This document shows positions 47,851 through 60,239 of a DNA stretch of 64,000 bases, piece after piece. The notes under the pieces are model-generated. The model saw nothing but the letters and a program-made list of their open reading frames with translations. It was not told the DNA's origin and searched no databases. The first letter of the stretch is position 1; the number at the start of each line of letters is the position of its first letter. The stretch covers positions 33,604,001 to 33,668,000 of the forward strand of contig OX597829.1 in the NCBI GenBank assembly GCA_951406725.2, given 5' to 3'. Origin of the DNA: Octopus vulgaris (taxonomy: Eukaryota). Position numbers and translations under genes: made by a program.

Positions 47851-48149
47851 CAGCATTGCAGGTATAAATTTCATAGATGTATAATTTAACGTTAGAGGTG
47901 GTGAGACAGCATATTTGGATTTTAAACAGCAAAAATGCCAGCAATAAGTTCTATGCATTCTTTGGAATCATCAGTTATACAACCTGTGTGAGGATTGCAA
48001 AGAGGGCCAGCTGGGGAGTGAGGTCTCTGCCTCAAACATATATATTTCCAGAACACTTTGGTATCAAGGTTGGTTACTATATATTCTTCAGATTCAAGCA
48101 CTGCCAATTATTGTCACCTGCTTCAGATGGTTAGATGATCTATTGCTTT

Positions 48150-48860
48150 TCTATTTTCTTCTGGTCTATGTAGTCTGTATTCCTGTTCAGCATCAGGATA
48201 TTCTTTCCTGGAAAGTCAGGCTGCTGCCATCACCCAAATTGTATTTTGGAAATTTTTAACGCATTTACATAGTACTGAAAGTGAGCAGTTTGGAAGTGGT
48301 GGTGGTTCTTATTTCTGACAATAAGAAATGATTGTAGCATGATCAGAGTTGCCTAAAGGTTCTTCAGTAGTGACACTCTTGTGGGGGATGTAACTACTTG
48401 AGAATAGTTCAAATCCAGCACTAAATCAAAATTTGTATTATACAGCCAATGAAAGATTCAATCTCAGACTAATTGAAATCACCAGCAACTAAAACATAAA
48501 TGGCTATTTTCCTCAAAGCAGCTCTGAGGATGTCAAAAATTTGTGTGTGTTGATGATAGTTTGTGGGGTGGTAAACAATTCCAAGTAGAAGTTTTGATGT
48601 ATTTATATGTATATCACAGAAAAATACTTCTTTTGGTTCAGATTATCGCAAAAAATTGCTGAAAAGTTTGAATGTAAACCATCACACCACCTCCATGATA
48701 ATTAGTGTGGTCTTTGCAAAACAAGCTAATTAGCCATGGTAACACACATGTGCCCATGCTTTTGTAACTGTGATGAAATCGAGATCAATACTTTTAATGT
48801 AAGAGTAAAAAAAGGTGCGTCTTTTTGCATAAACTGTGGGCATTTAAGGATAGTAAGTTG
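48150..48860 (-). pseudogene. Old decayed LINE AP-endonuclease (CR1/L2-like), not in the ORF track
   Basis: Manual minus-strand translation gives LNAHSL (~48845), VLVAGDFN (~48490), QVVTSPTR (~48390) and EPLGNSDHA (~48350) in the correct order. Confidence 0.75.
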
Positions 48861-48919
48861 TATCTGGATTCCAACAGAATACAGCAAAGTGAAGTATTAG
48901 CAACCAATAACCAACAACC

Positions 48920-50780
48920 AGGCAGCTACAGGAGAAATACCTAGCCAAAGATAAACCTCTGTACTTGGCTTTTGTTGACTTGACAGGGTCCCTCGATCCC
49001 CTATCTGGTGGTCAATACAGAAACTATGGATAGACTAGTGGTTGGTGAAAGCTGTATAAGCCTTGCACAGGGAATGCTGTCAGCAAGGTGAGTGTTGACA
49101 ACAAGTACAGCAAAGAATTCAGAGTACAAGTAAAGGTTCACAAAGGATCAGTCCTCAGCTTCCTATTGTTCATCATAGTCCTCCAAGCAATAACAGAGGA
49201 ATTTAAGACAGGTTGCTCCTGGGAACTCGTCTATGTTGATGATCTTGCTCTTATACCTGTATCACTAGCAGAACTAAAGAAATTCCAGGTATGGAAGCAA
49301 GATCTAGAATCAAAGAGCCTTAGAGTGAACTTAGCAAAAACCAAAGTCTTAGTAAGTAGGAAGGCAGACAACTCACACATCCCTTCATGTGGATGGTCCT
49401 GCTCAATCAGAAGAAAAGATGTAGGTAGAAACTCCATAAGATGCACCTGATGTAAGCTTTGGACACATAAAAGTTGCAGCAATATTAGAGGAAGGCTAAC
49501 AGGGAAAATTGCTTTTGTATATGGAAGATGTATAAACAATAAACATTGAAAACCTGCAGAAAATAGACTCCAACTGCTAGGGGAGGCAAGCTAGCGGTAG
49601 TAGATAGCTTTGCTAACTAGGTGACCAAGTTAGAAGCGGAGATTGATGCTCCAAGAGCATAACTGTGAGAATAAGATTAGGCTGGGCAAAGTTCAGAAAG
49701 ATATATATTGTATGATGTCTGTGAGCAAACAGCTATGCTACATGGCAGTAAAACATGGGCTGTGACAGCCAAGGACATGTATAGGCTTGAAAGAAATGAA
49801 GTCAGTATGCTTCACTGGGTGTGCAATGTCAGTGTGCATGCTTGACAGAGTGCAAGCATTTTGAGAGAAAAATTAGACATAAGAGGGATCAGATGGTGTG
49901 CAAGAGAGATGACTGCATTAGTATGGTCATGTGATGAGGACAGCTATGTAAAGTGCCGATCTCTAACTGTGGAGGGAACCTGTGGTAGAGGTAGGTATAC
50001 CCAGGGAGACATGGGATAAGGTAGTGAAGCATGATCTTCAAACTTTGAGTCTCACAGAGGCAATGACTAGTGACCGAGACCTTTGGTGATATGTTGTGCT
50101 CATGAAGACACATCAAGCCAAGTGAATTCATAGTCATGACTGATGTCAGTGGTGTGTAAAGAGCATCTTTCGAGGGCTGGGCCTCATGGAGGTAAAGTGA
50201 CTGAGTTCCTTCTGTGTTGGGCCTCATGGAGGCAAGTTCCTTTTGTGTTGAAGGAAAGTTCCTTTTGTGTGTTGAAGGAAAGTTCCTTTTGTGTGTTGAA
50301 GGAAAGTTCCTTTTGTGTGTTGAAGGAAAGTTCCTTTTGTGTGTTGAAGGAAAGTTCCTTTTGTGTGTTGAAGGAAAGTTCCTTTTGTGTGCTGAAGGAA
50401 AGTTCCTTTTGTGTGCTGAAGGAAAGTTCCTTTTGTGTGTTGGGCCTCACTGAGGCAAGTTCCTTTCGAGCATTGGGCCTCACAGAAGCGAGTTCCTTTC
50501 AAGTGTTGGGCCTCTTGGAGGCAATGACTGAGACCTTTGGCATTATGTTATGCTTGAGAAGACCCATCAAGCTGAGCAAAATTGCAGTCATTTGCTGTCA
50601 TGCAAATGGCACATAAATGCACCCACTACACTATTGGAGTTGTTGGCATTTGGAAGGGCATCCAGCCATAGAAACCATGCCAAATTGGAGTGGAGTCTGG
50701 TGCAGCTTTCCAGCTTGCCAGTCCTGGTTAAACTGCCCAACCCATGCTACCATGGACAACAAACATATGATGATGATGAC
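48920..50780 (+). mobile_element. Decayed RTE LINE RT fragment plus 3' UTR
   Basis: QLQEKYLAK, HKGSVLSFLLF, YVDDL (49088-49450); same (GAT)n terminus. Confidence 0.9.
50232..50442. repeat. 24-bp minisatellite (aaggaaagttccttttgtgtgttg) x ~8
   Basis: Near-identical units; each contains the aaggaa/ttcctt inverted repeat. Confidence 0.95.
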
Positions 50781-50930
50781 AGTGAAACAAATATCAGTGA
50801 CAAGATATACCATCATAGTTTATAAGAACAACTTCCAACAATTAAAGTGGGATAGAGTATCCAGTGCCCAGGTCATAGATGTGCTGCGACTGTCTATAAG
50901 TATTGAAACCCTGATATATAGTAATGCATG

Positions 50931-51341
50931 CAGGGCCAAATTAAGACCCATTGAAGCCCCAAGCACTTAAAAGATTTTGGTGCCCCCATAAAAGATTATG
51001 TAATTCAAAATATAAACAATAACAAAAATTAAAGTAATTTTTTTTAATTTTCAAAGCGAAACAAAACAGTAAGAAGGAAAATAATGTTTATATATTTGAA
51101 AAGTTTCCTCCTGCTTTTTTGAATTGCAAAGTCTTTGATCAGATCCTCAAAATAAATCTTAGGTAACACATCTGCATCTATACTTAGTAGAGATAAAGGC
51201 ATCCCGAATATTATTTTAGCAAGTTTGAAGTGATTTCTTTTGTACCGTAAACCATTTACCATTTCTGTGGTGCCCCCCCCCCCTCCTTCCCTCGATGCCT
51301 TAAGCACGTGCTTATTTTGCTTAATGGTTAATCCAGCGATG
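50931..51341 (-). mobile_element. Internally deleted hAT DNA transposon
   Basis: Imperfect TIRs cagggccaaattaa / catcgctggattaa; transposase C-terminal LSLLSIDADVL...DLIKDFAIQKSRR; 8-bp flanks match 5/8. Confidence 0.7.
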
Positions 51342-52194
51342 AATATAGGTACCAGCAATTAGGTTATTGTAGATGTTTCACCACAGTCTATAACAACTGA
51401 CCAACCATCTTACTTAAAACAGATACACATTGAAATAAAGTATCAAATGACTAGGTCATAAATGAATTGGTCAACAGCTGATATATAACAGACACAGCAG
51501 AATAGAATATCAGTGACCAGGTTATCGATGTCAACCAAAGACTAAAGAATTCAAAGTTTGTTATACAGTGGTGTAAAGTAACAGCGATTAAGTTATACCG
51601 TATGACCGTCGTACAGTAGAGTATCTGTAATTAGGTTTAGATGTTTTACATAATCTATAAGAAATAACAAACAGCTAACAAAGTATAGACACCACAGCGG
51701 CATGCGAATAGGTATCGCATTTGGTCAATACAAAGAAACAACACTAGTGTACGAATATAAATTACATCCATCATAGTTAATATCATTTTTGGACCCCAAT
51801 CCCAACGCTGTAGTTTATAAGTATTCACTCAGCTTCTAAAAATAACAATCAAATATCCTTCCGATCCCAACCGACCGTTAAAATAATGGTAAGGCAATAG
51901 ATATAGTAATAGACAACCCGAAATAAGACGAGTTGATAACGGCTGGTGTACCTTTGATTCTATAGTTCACTTGGTTAAAAAAAAATCTAAATGTAATTGT
52001 GCACGTTGCATAATTAGATTGCATGCAGGTTACTTAATGAAAACAGAACACTTAAAATGAGATTCCACATGTATATGCGAAGGGTAGTTTGTTGCAGAAG
52101 ACTTCAACCAACACAGGCCAAGCTTTTACATGCACAATCAACACGAACACAATAACATTGTATGAAGGCCGATACCTCAGATACAAAGAAATAC

Positions 52195-52370
52195 ACGAGC
52201 CAAACTGCGAATAACTCTGTAATCGCTTGACCTGCTAGAAATAGCAGCGAAATCTCCCTCAGAAAATGAATGACACATGACAACGTAGTCATAGATATAA
52301 AAAAAAATACAGGTTGGAATACCTTTTGACCATAGGTGTATTGCATCAAAACTGACCAGGGCAACTAAGA
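52195..52370 (+). mobile_element. Old SINE-like remnant (related pieces at ~3210-3390, ~51800-51975, ~53260)
   Basis: Shared ctgctagaaatagcagc...aaat and cctttga...ctga..ggg motifs. Confidence 0.5.
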
Positions 52371-53182
52371 AATGCAGAAAGGAAATGATAAAAGCACAGC
52401 AGACCTTACGGGATTTGAATTTCAGAAGATACAAAGATATAATTAATTCATAATAGTAATGATTTCTAGTTTAGGCACAAGGCCACATATTTTGTAGGAG
52501 GAAAAGTCGATTAAATTGACACTAATATCTGACTTGTTTTTGTTACTATCAGAAGCATTTTGTCCGGATATCCACCATTTCAGACATACACCGCCAAATA
52601 ATTATTTTAATAATAATGATTTCTTTTATTTTCCACAAGGGCGACAGATGGTGGAGGGTGGGGGACAGTAATAAATGGTCTCTTATGGCCACTAAGGGCC
52701 AAACAGTTGAAGATGAAGTACGAAATACACATGGGGTACTTATGTAGCATAAAAAAGGAGGAAACCAGCAATAACAATGAAGGGCTTTAACAAAGAAATA
52801 ACAATAATGGGGAAAGAAAAAAACAACACGTCAACGAGGTCGTTCGATATAGCAGAAATAAAAACCAAACTTCTTTCAAATCATACCGTAAACGTCTTTT
52901 TAAAAGACGCGTATAAAGACATTCTAGGGGTGCAGGTGAGACATTCACTGAATAAAAAGTAGGATACCCTCACAGTGGGTTCGAGTTTGATTAGAGGTAT
53001 GTTCGATAAGTACCTAACTGGACATAACGGAACAATGGTTTCAAACAATTTGTAACATAAACACAGTATCACAAAATCTTGGGGGAGGATACAGTTGATT
53101 AAATCGCCACCCGTACTAACTCGTAATTAGTTTTATCGTTGACTAGCCATATACAAAATATATTATTCACACAATATAAATA

Positions 53183-53218
<36 letters not shown>

Positions 53219-53446
53219 CACACGAGTGCTACTGACTCCACATGTTTTGCACCTGTGTGTGTGTAACCTGCTAAAGGTAACAGCTAACTATCCCTTAATC
53301 TCTGTTTTTAAAACAGGAGACATTCAATAATGTTCTAAATAAGACGGAGTGGTCACAATTGGAGTGTCTCCGTTTATATACATGCTTTTTTATGGTTGAC
53401 ACGGAGCTCAGCAACATATATGCACGCACATACACAGACAATACAT

Positions 53447-53503
<57 letters not shown>

Positions 53504-54149
53504 GTGTGTCATAAATATATATAAATGTTACACAAACTAAAGAACTACAAGAAGCAAACACATTTCCGTATAAACATACTTAAACACGTGCATGACTAAA
53601 TAGAAACATAGCCTGTGTCTATATAATAAAAACAGCGGAAATGTTTAAATACACGCGCACACACATACTACATTCATTAGACATTTTTAAAACATACGTA
53701 TACTCACATAATGCAATCACATACATACATATATACGTTGATGATAGAGAGAGGAATTGTATATATAATTAAAAATTTGAAAAAAAAAAAAAAGAAACGT
53801 AGTTATATAATGAATATATATATATATACCTATATATATATACCCATATGTCTAAATACATATGCGAAGTGTATACTAGAATAAAAAAAGGCAATATTTA
53901 TATTAATATTGTAATATAATAGTGTATAGTTTTACATGCAGTAATATCGACGTATATATACAGAGACATACAGTACACATAATATTTATCTATGTACGTG
54001 TAAAAATTGTGTATGTATATATACATACATTATAAATAAATAAATAAATAAATACATACATACATACATATATATGAGCGCGATCATAGATTGTATACAT
54101 AATATAAAGTAATATAACATAAACACCCGCCCCTATAAACAACAAAATG

Positions 54150-54400
54150 ACTTACCGTAATATTCCTAAATTCGACGTGTTCAATTAAACCGTTAAGTTG
54201 TCGCACATACAAATATACTTGCAATAGATATATAAAGTATTCTGAGCAAGTATGAATAAATATATACAAGCGAAGACACTGTGTTAGAGTCGTGAATGTT
54301 ACAACACTGGTACACACTGATTTACACCCGTCACTGTCTCCACAGAGAAGAAGGGTTGGTTAGTGGAAAGAGGTGGCTGTCGTGTGTCTTTGTATTTATA
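54150..54400 (-). promoter_or_regulatory. Possible non-coding first exon/promoter of a host gene
   Basis: ACG|GTAAGT donor at 54156/54155 on the minus strand, GGGGCGGG box at 54126-54133, CpG-retaining unique sequence. Confidence 0.25.
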
Positions 54401-54534
54401 CGCTTTAAGTTTTACACAGATTTGCATACATGTATACCTGCGTACGTACATACATACACATACACTGTATATAATATCTGTTTATTGTAACGTATATATA
54501 CACTAAAGCACGATGTATTTCTATGTGTATTACC

Positions 54535-54569
<35 letters not shown>

Positions 54570-55097
54570 TAGATAGGCATACACTTATACGTATGTGTGT
54601 GCGTGTACTTTTATCTGTGTAAGTGCACATGTATACATATGTGTTTATATACACGCACACACCATACACGTAAATGCTGGAATTGGTTGAATAGTTTGAC
54701 GGGATTCAGTGTGTCAAGGTCTATTGTCTGCCTCAGCAGGGTTTCTATGGTTGGAGGCCCTTTCTAATGCCAACTCCTTTACAAACTGTACAGGATGCTT
54801 TTGTTGTGGCACCAGCACAAGTGAAGTGACCGAGTAACTAGCAAGACAAGATCACCTCAACTAAGTGCAGTGAAATATTGAGTGAGGTAGCTTTGTGTCA
54901 GGTGTTGAGCAGCTTAAGTATGATGGATGGTGGGGACAGGGACAAGCAAGCCTGTCGCTAAGGGTATGCAGCGGACAGCACTAGCCCCTCACTATTCAAT
55001 AGTGCACTTTCAGATTTACTCCACTTTAGTGACTCTACTTTCTAGTATTATTAAAAATTAGAATATTCTGCCTACCCAGAATATTCTAAAGCACCTT

Positions 55098-55479
55098 GGG
55101 TGGCGAACTGGCAGAAATGTTAGCCATTACGTTCTGAGTTCAAATTCTGCCGAGGTCGACTTTGTCTTTCATCCTTTCGGGGTCGATAAATTAAGGACCA
55201 GTTACGCACTGGGGTCGATATAATCGACTTAATCCGTTTGTCTGTCCTTGTTTGTCCCCTCTGTGTTTTTGCCCCTTGTGGGTAGTAAAGAAAGAAATAT
55301 TTCGTCTGCCGTTACGTTCTGAGTTCAAATTCCACGGAGGTCGACTTTGCCTTTCATCCTTTCAGGGTCGATAAATTAAGTACCAGTTACGCACTGGGAT
55401 CGATGTGATCGACTTAATCCCTTTGTCTGTCCTTGTTTGTCCCCTCTATGTTTAGCCCCTTTTGGGCAATAAAGAAATA
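55098..55479 (+). mobile_element. Dimeric tRNA-derived SINE with 20-bp target-site duplication
   Basis: Two tandem bodies (gttctgagttcaaattc...ggggtcgataaattaag); TSD agaatattctaaagcacctt at 55078-55097 and 55480-55499. Confidence 0.9.
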
Positions 55480-57067
55480 AGAATATTCTAAAGCACCTTC
55501 AGGCACTAAAGTCAGGCAACAGACCTGGGGGCAAGTATCTTGGTGTGGAGGAAATATATGGCTACCCAAGCAAGAATGGGTGGAAAGATGGTGGAAATCA
55601 AGTGTCAGTGCATACCCTCAAAGCACAAGAAGAGGATAAAGAGAGTATAGAGACAAGGTATCGAGGATGCGAATGATGAACATGGATGGAGACATAGACA
55701 ATAGTGAATCTCGGTTTAGGACAAGGTAAACAAAATAGGAGCGCATCATGGGGGAGGAGGAGGTAATAGGTGGCAATAAATGTAAACAGAGTGTTAGTGA
55801 AGAACAACAGTGTAATAAAATTATCAACAGATGAGAAATAGGGAGAAAATATAAAATGTAGGGGAGAGAAATGTACAGTGACACAGATGGATGTTAGAGG
55901 CACACAAGGTAGATGAAGTGAGTGACAAAAAGGGAGGGAGATGTCGTTGGCAGAAATGACTGGTTGTTCAAAGTAAAGGAGCATTCAGTAGAAATAAAAT
56001 GATATTGAAAGAGTAGGACGAGTAGCAAGAGAAGTGATTCCAAGGAGATGGATAACTGATAGCACCAGAGGGGATGGAATATATGTAGTTCTGCACTCAT
56101 ATAATTACAGCAGGAAATAGTTAGAAAGAACAGGAGTGGGATAAGTATTACAAAGACAAAGTGTGGGAAAGGCTTGACAGGGGCAGATTGGGTGCAGGGG
56201 TATTGATGTTATTTGCTTACATGGAGGGTCTTCACAAACATAGCAAATCACCAATCAACTCACTTCTTTGTCAATTCCTTTGTGAGGCTTAACAACTTAA
56301 GGTCAGTCTTCACTATTTTGCCCCATATCTTCTTGAGTCTCTTTCTTCCATATGTTTTATCCATATTCAATAAATAGCACACCTCATCTGATTCCTCTCA
56401 GGCCTAATTTTAAATACATTTTTCACTTTTACATACAGACTGTTGCACATCTAAGAGATCATGCCTCCCTAACTATTGCATATTCTCTGCTTCTACAGGA
56501 CTATGTTTCACAACTATGTAGCATTGTGGTTCATACACAAGCATCATATAATCTATCTTTCATTCTGAGAGAGAGGCCTTTTGTTACCAACAGAAGTAAT
56601 AGCTCACTTCATTTTCTCTAGCCAGTTTTTATTCCAGCAACTATAGTTTCAGAACATCCTCCTCCACTGCTAATTAAATCACCTTAGGCTAATTAAATCA
56701 TCTTAGGCAAAGAGACAACCTATTTCTCATATCTTCTTAGTGTTTATTGCTTCTGTGATTCTACCACATACAAAGTGTAATTTCTCTATATAGTGTGAGC
56801 TATGAATGCACTTCTTGTGCATCAGTAACTTGCACTAGGTACTATGTATAGAATTTCTACCTATATCTTTCTACATATCAAATAGAATCATTTCCCTGAA
56901 GGGATTAGCAAACTGTCTGTTTTCTTACTGGAACTTTATTCTTTTGTTAGTTTTGTTAGGGCCTCCTGATTCCAGATTTTGCTTCCAGACCTGGAATTCC
57001 TTTTCTAATTCAATTACGAATTCTGCTAGGAAAACAAGTTCATCAGCTTCCTAGCAACCACAAATAG

Positions 57068-57349
57068 TTGTTAGAGCAGCGGACTCACGGTCGCAGGATC
57101 ATGGGTTCAAATCTCAGACTGGGCGGTGTGTGTGTTTATGAGAGAAACGCCTAAGCTCCACGCGGCTCCGGCAGAAGGTAATGGCGAACTTCTGCTGACT
57201 CTTTCGCCACAACTTTCTCTCACTCTTTCCTCTTGTATCTTGCAGCTCACCTGTGACAGACCGGCGTCCTGTTCAGGTGGGAAACCTATACACAAGGAAA
57301 CTGGACCTTATGAGCCAGGCATGGCTCAAGAAGGAACAAACAAACAAAC
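57068..57349 (+). mobile_element. tRNA-derived SINE with (AAAC)n tail
   Basis: gttagagcagcggactcacggtcgcaggatcatgggttcaaatctc tRNA-like head; aaacaaacaaac tail. Confidence 0.8.
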
Positions 57350-58637
57350 TTTCTCCATGTCAAAAATTTCAAGAACAGTAGCTTACTGTTAGCTAAATAC
57401 TTTTTCTTTAGTTGCCTTGCTAGAATGAGAGCCTCAGTAGTACTCCTTTCCAATACAAAACTAAACTGCATCTCATCTAAACAAACTCTGTTCCTAATTA
57501 CTTCGTCTATAACCCACTCTATAACTTTTATAAGCTAGCCTAGCAACTTGATACCTCTGTAACTAATTCTCTCTAAGGTATCTCCTGTTCCCTTGTAAAA
57601 GTTGATCGTAATGCAGCTACACTAGTTGTTAGGTACTGACCCCTTCCTGCACAACTTGATTCACTATATGGATGACTAGACTGTATTTCACTCTGCCAGA
57701 TATTTTAAGTATCTTGTCTTAATATATTTAATTCCTTTATCTATCATATTACTGTCAACTTGAATAGCTGTTCCGACTGTTGGGTCCATGTTAGTAGACT
57801 CTCCTTTCTTTCTGCCATGCATTCTCTACGATTAGTAGTCTTTCGAAGTAACACTGTCATGCCACTTCCTTTACAGAATCAGGAAGTGCAAGTGTGCCAT
57901 TATCCATCCATACACACTTCTCTCTTACAATATTTTGTTTTCCTGTGATACACTACTGCCTTGCAATCTGGAACACTTCATGCCTCTGACTATCATGTTG
58001 TAGAATGTTGGTAAACTTCTTCCTTTCTGAGTCTTCTCTCGCTAACTATTTCTGTTGCCTACCTTCCCTTCTAGTTATCTCATATAATTCTCTCCTACCC
58101 CCATTCTTCCAATCCTTCCAAGTTAGTTTCTTTGCTTTTATAGCTCTCTCTACTTCGCTGCTTCACTGCATCATCCTTAATCTGATTTGGTCTGTAGCCT
58201 GAGTAGGTTGTCCCATAGGGACATCCAGTTGTCCTTTATACTATACATCTCTACCTCCAAATCCTTCATAGCAATTGCCTCAACTAGGATTTTTCTAAAT
58301 TGCTGACTGTTCAGTGAATCAGTAAGCTTCCATATCTTCTTTTCCAAACCAACTTGTTTCTGTGAGTCCTTTTATTAACTACAAACCAATGGTGGATTGT
58401 ACATTCTTCACTGGCAAAAAACTTTACACTTACAACTATATTTCTATCCCACTTTCTGGTGCAAATATACTCAATATGGCTTGTGTGGCCACCATTAAGT
58501 AACCTGCATGCAATCTAATTATGCAACGTGCACAATTACATTTAGATTTTCTTTAACCAAGTGAACTATAGAATCAAAGGTACACCAGCCGTTATCAGGT
58601 CGTCTTATTTCAGGTTGTCTATTACTATATCTATTGC

Positions 58638-60239
58638 TCTTCCTCTGCCCCGGGTCGCATTGATGCAGTACACGAATGCCTCCACTCATACCTGAATATT
58701 GCCCTGTGTGACACCGACTCCTCAGCCTGTCCTGACCTGGGTGACATATTGTACCAAAATACAACCCCAATTGGTGAAATGTGGCCCCTCTCTGCCATGG
58801 TCTTGATGGTACAATGATGCCTTTCCACCACCCCATTTCCACTTGGCCAGTATGCCACCCTGAAGAAGCGGTTGACCTGCCACTCATCCAGCATTTCTTT
58901 CAGCACCTCCAAGTGAAATGCAGTGCCATTATCCAGAAGCAGTTCATCCACGGGGCATCAGCTTTGTTCCTTGTACCACAATCTGCACATCTGTAATACC
59001 TTCACAGTGTACCTCTCTTCTTTCAACTGCTCTTACACTGCTTTCTCCACTCCACGGCTCTACAACTTCTGGTGTCATCAGGGTCATCGTACAGCCCGTG
59101 TCCACAAGGGCTTGCGACATCTTCCCCTCCACTATGATGTCGACTACAGGTAATGATGATAAACGCGCCTCTATTGATTTGAAGGGATAACTACCAGCAC
59201 AGTAGTCACCCTTAGACCGTTTCCCTGCAGACATCTGCTGGCTATATGTCCTGCTTCTCAACACCGGTAGCAAATGACCTCAGGCTTGGGTGACTTGCAG
59301 TCTCGTACCATGTGCAGGTCCTGACACCGGAAACACTGTCCTTTGTATTGTCGCACATGCTCGTTGTTTGACCCCTCCCTGCTACTCCTTGCTCAGCCAC
59401 TTTTCGTTGTTGCAGTCGCTGCTACTGGCATTGTCCTGTAACACAAAACTAGCACACAAGCCTGAGATACAATGTCTGCCATCACCATAGAGTTAATGTT
59501 CAGCAGCTTCTGCAACTCGATCGACATGTGGTCAGGAAAGCCAGTCACAAATGCTAACTTAACCATTCGGTCCAGAGATTCTCCCTCATATCCCTCCAGT
59601 TTAGCCAATCTTCTGAGTTCGTTCGCAAATACGTCAACCTGTTCCCCAGTCCACTTTGCTTTCCCCAGGTGAGCATAAGCTTTGAACATTCCCTCTGCAA
59701 AGGCTGCCATCAAATGGATTTCTATTTTTTCTGCACTAAGTTGGTCCCTCTCTTCCATTCCTAGGTACAGCACCAATGCCGAACCATGTAGGTACAGCGG
59801 TATAAAACTCACTAAGTCATTTATACCATGGAGCTTCACCACTAACTTCATCTTCAACCAAGCGACTACATCCGTGTCACCGCAAAACAGTTTGACCGTA
59901 TCGTTTGAAATACGGACTACACTCATCATTCGGTTTTGTTTTTTTCTGTTATGGGCCGAAATAGCTTGTGGTGTGATGGAGGAAGAAGACAACAGAAAAA
60001 GAAGCAAATGGAAGAAAGAAATACAAAGACCTTACCTGTTGACCTAGGCAGGATGAGCGATCACTGTCAGGAAATAAACACATCCTTGCACGCTGCCATC
60101 TCTGCTCGAACTTCCTGCACATGCTTCCTGCCCACGCATGCCCTGTGGCTGTTCCACAGGCCCCTGCAGTCTTCACTTCCGTCTACCTCATCTGCAATCC
60201 TCTCCACCAACACCACATAGCTCATCACAGCCCATAACA
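58638..60239 (-). mobile_element. Gypsy LTR retrotransposon relic: LTR, gag with zinc knuckles, protease, integrase core; RT/RNase H deleted
   Basis: gag-like ORF 59393-60007; CFRCQDLHMVRDC and CYRC*EAGHIASRC (59230-59340); ALVDTGCT (58944-59273); LLDNGTAF...GNGVVERHH (58631-58951). Confidence 0.9.

Noticed and set aside
55500-56200. Hydrophobic minus-strand ORFs
   Set aside because: Product of purine-biased low-complexity sequence
57068-57125. tRNA gene
   Set aside because: Degenerate tRNA-like head continuing into a SINE body and tail
51894-58637. 6.7-kb DNA transposon or inversion defined by the 145-bp inverted pair
   Set aside because: No TSD or transposase, and the host RTE is collinear across the right-hand copy
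59948-59957. Copia-type primer-binding site gttatgggcc
   Set aside because: On the wrong strand relative to gag and part of the inverted terminus
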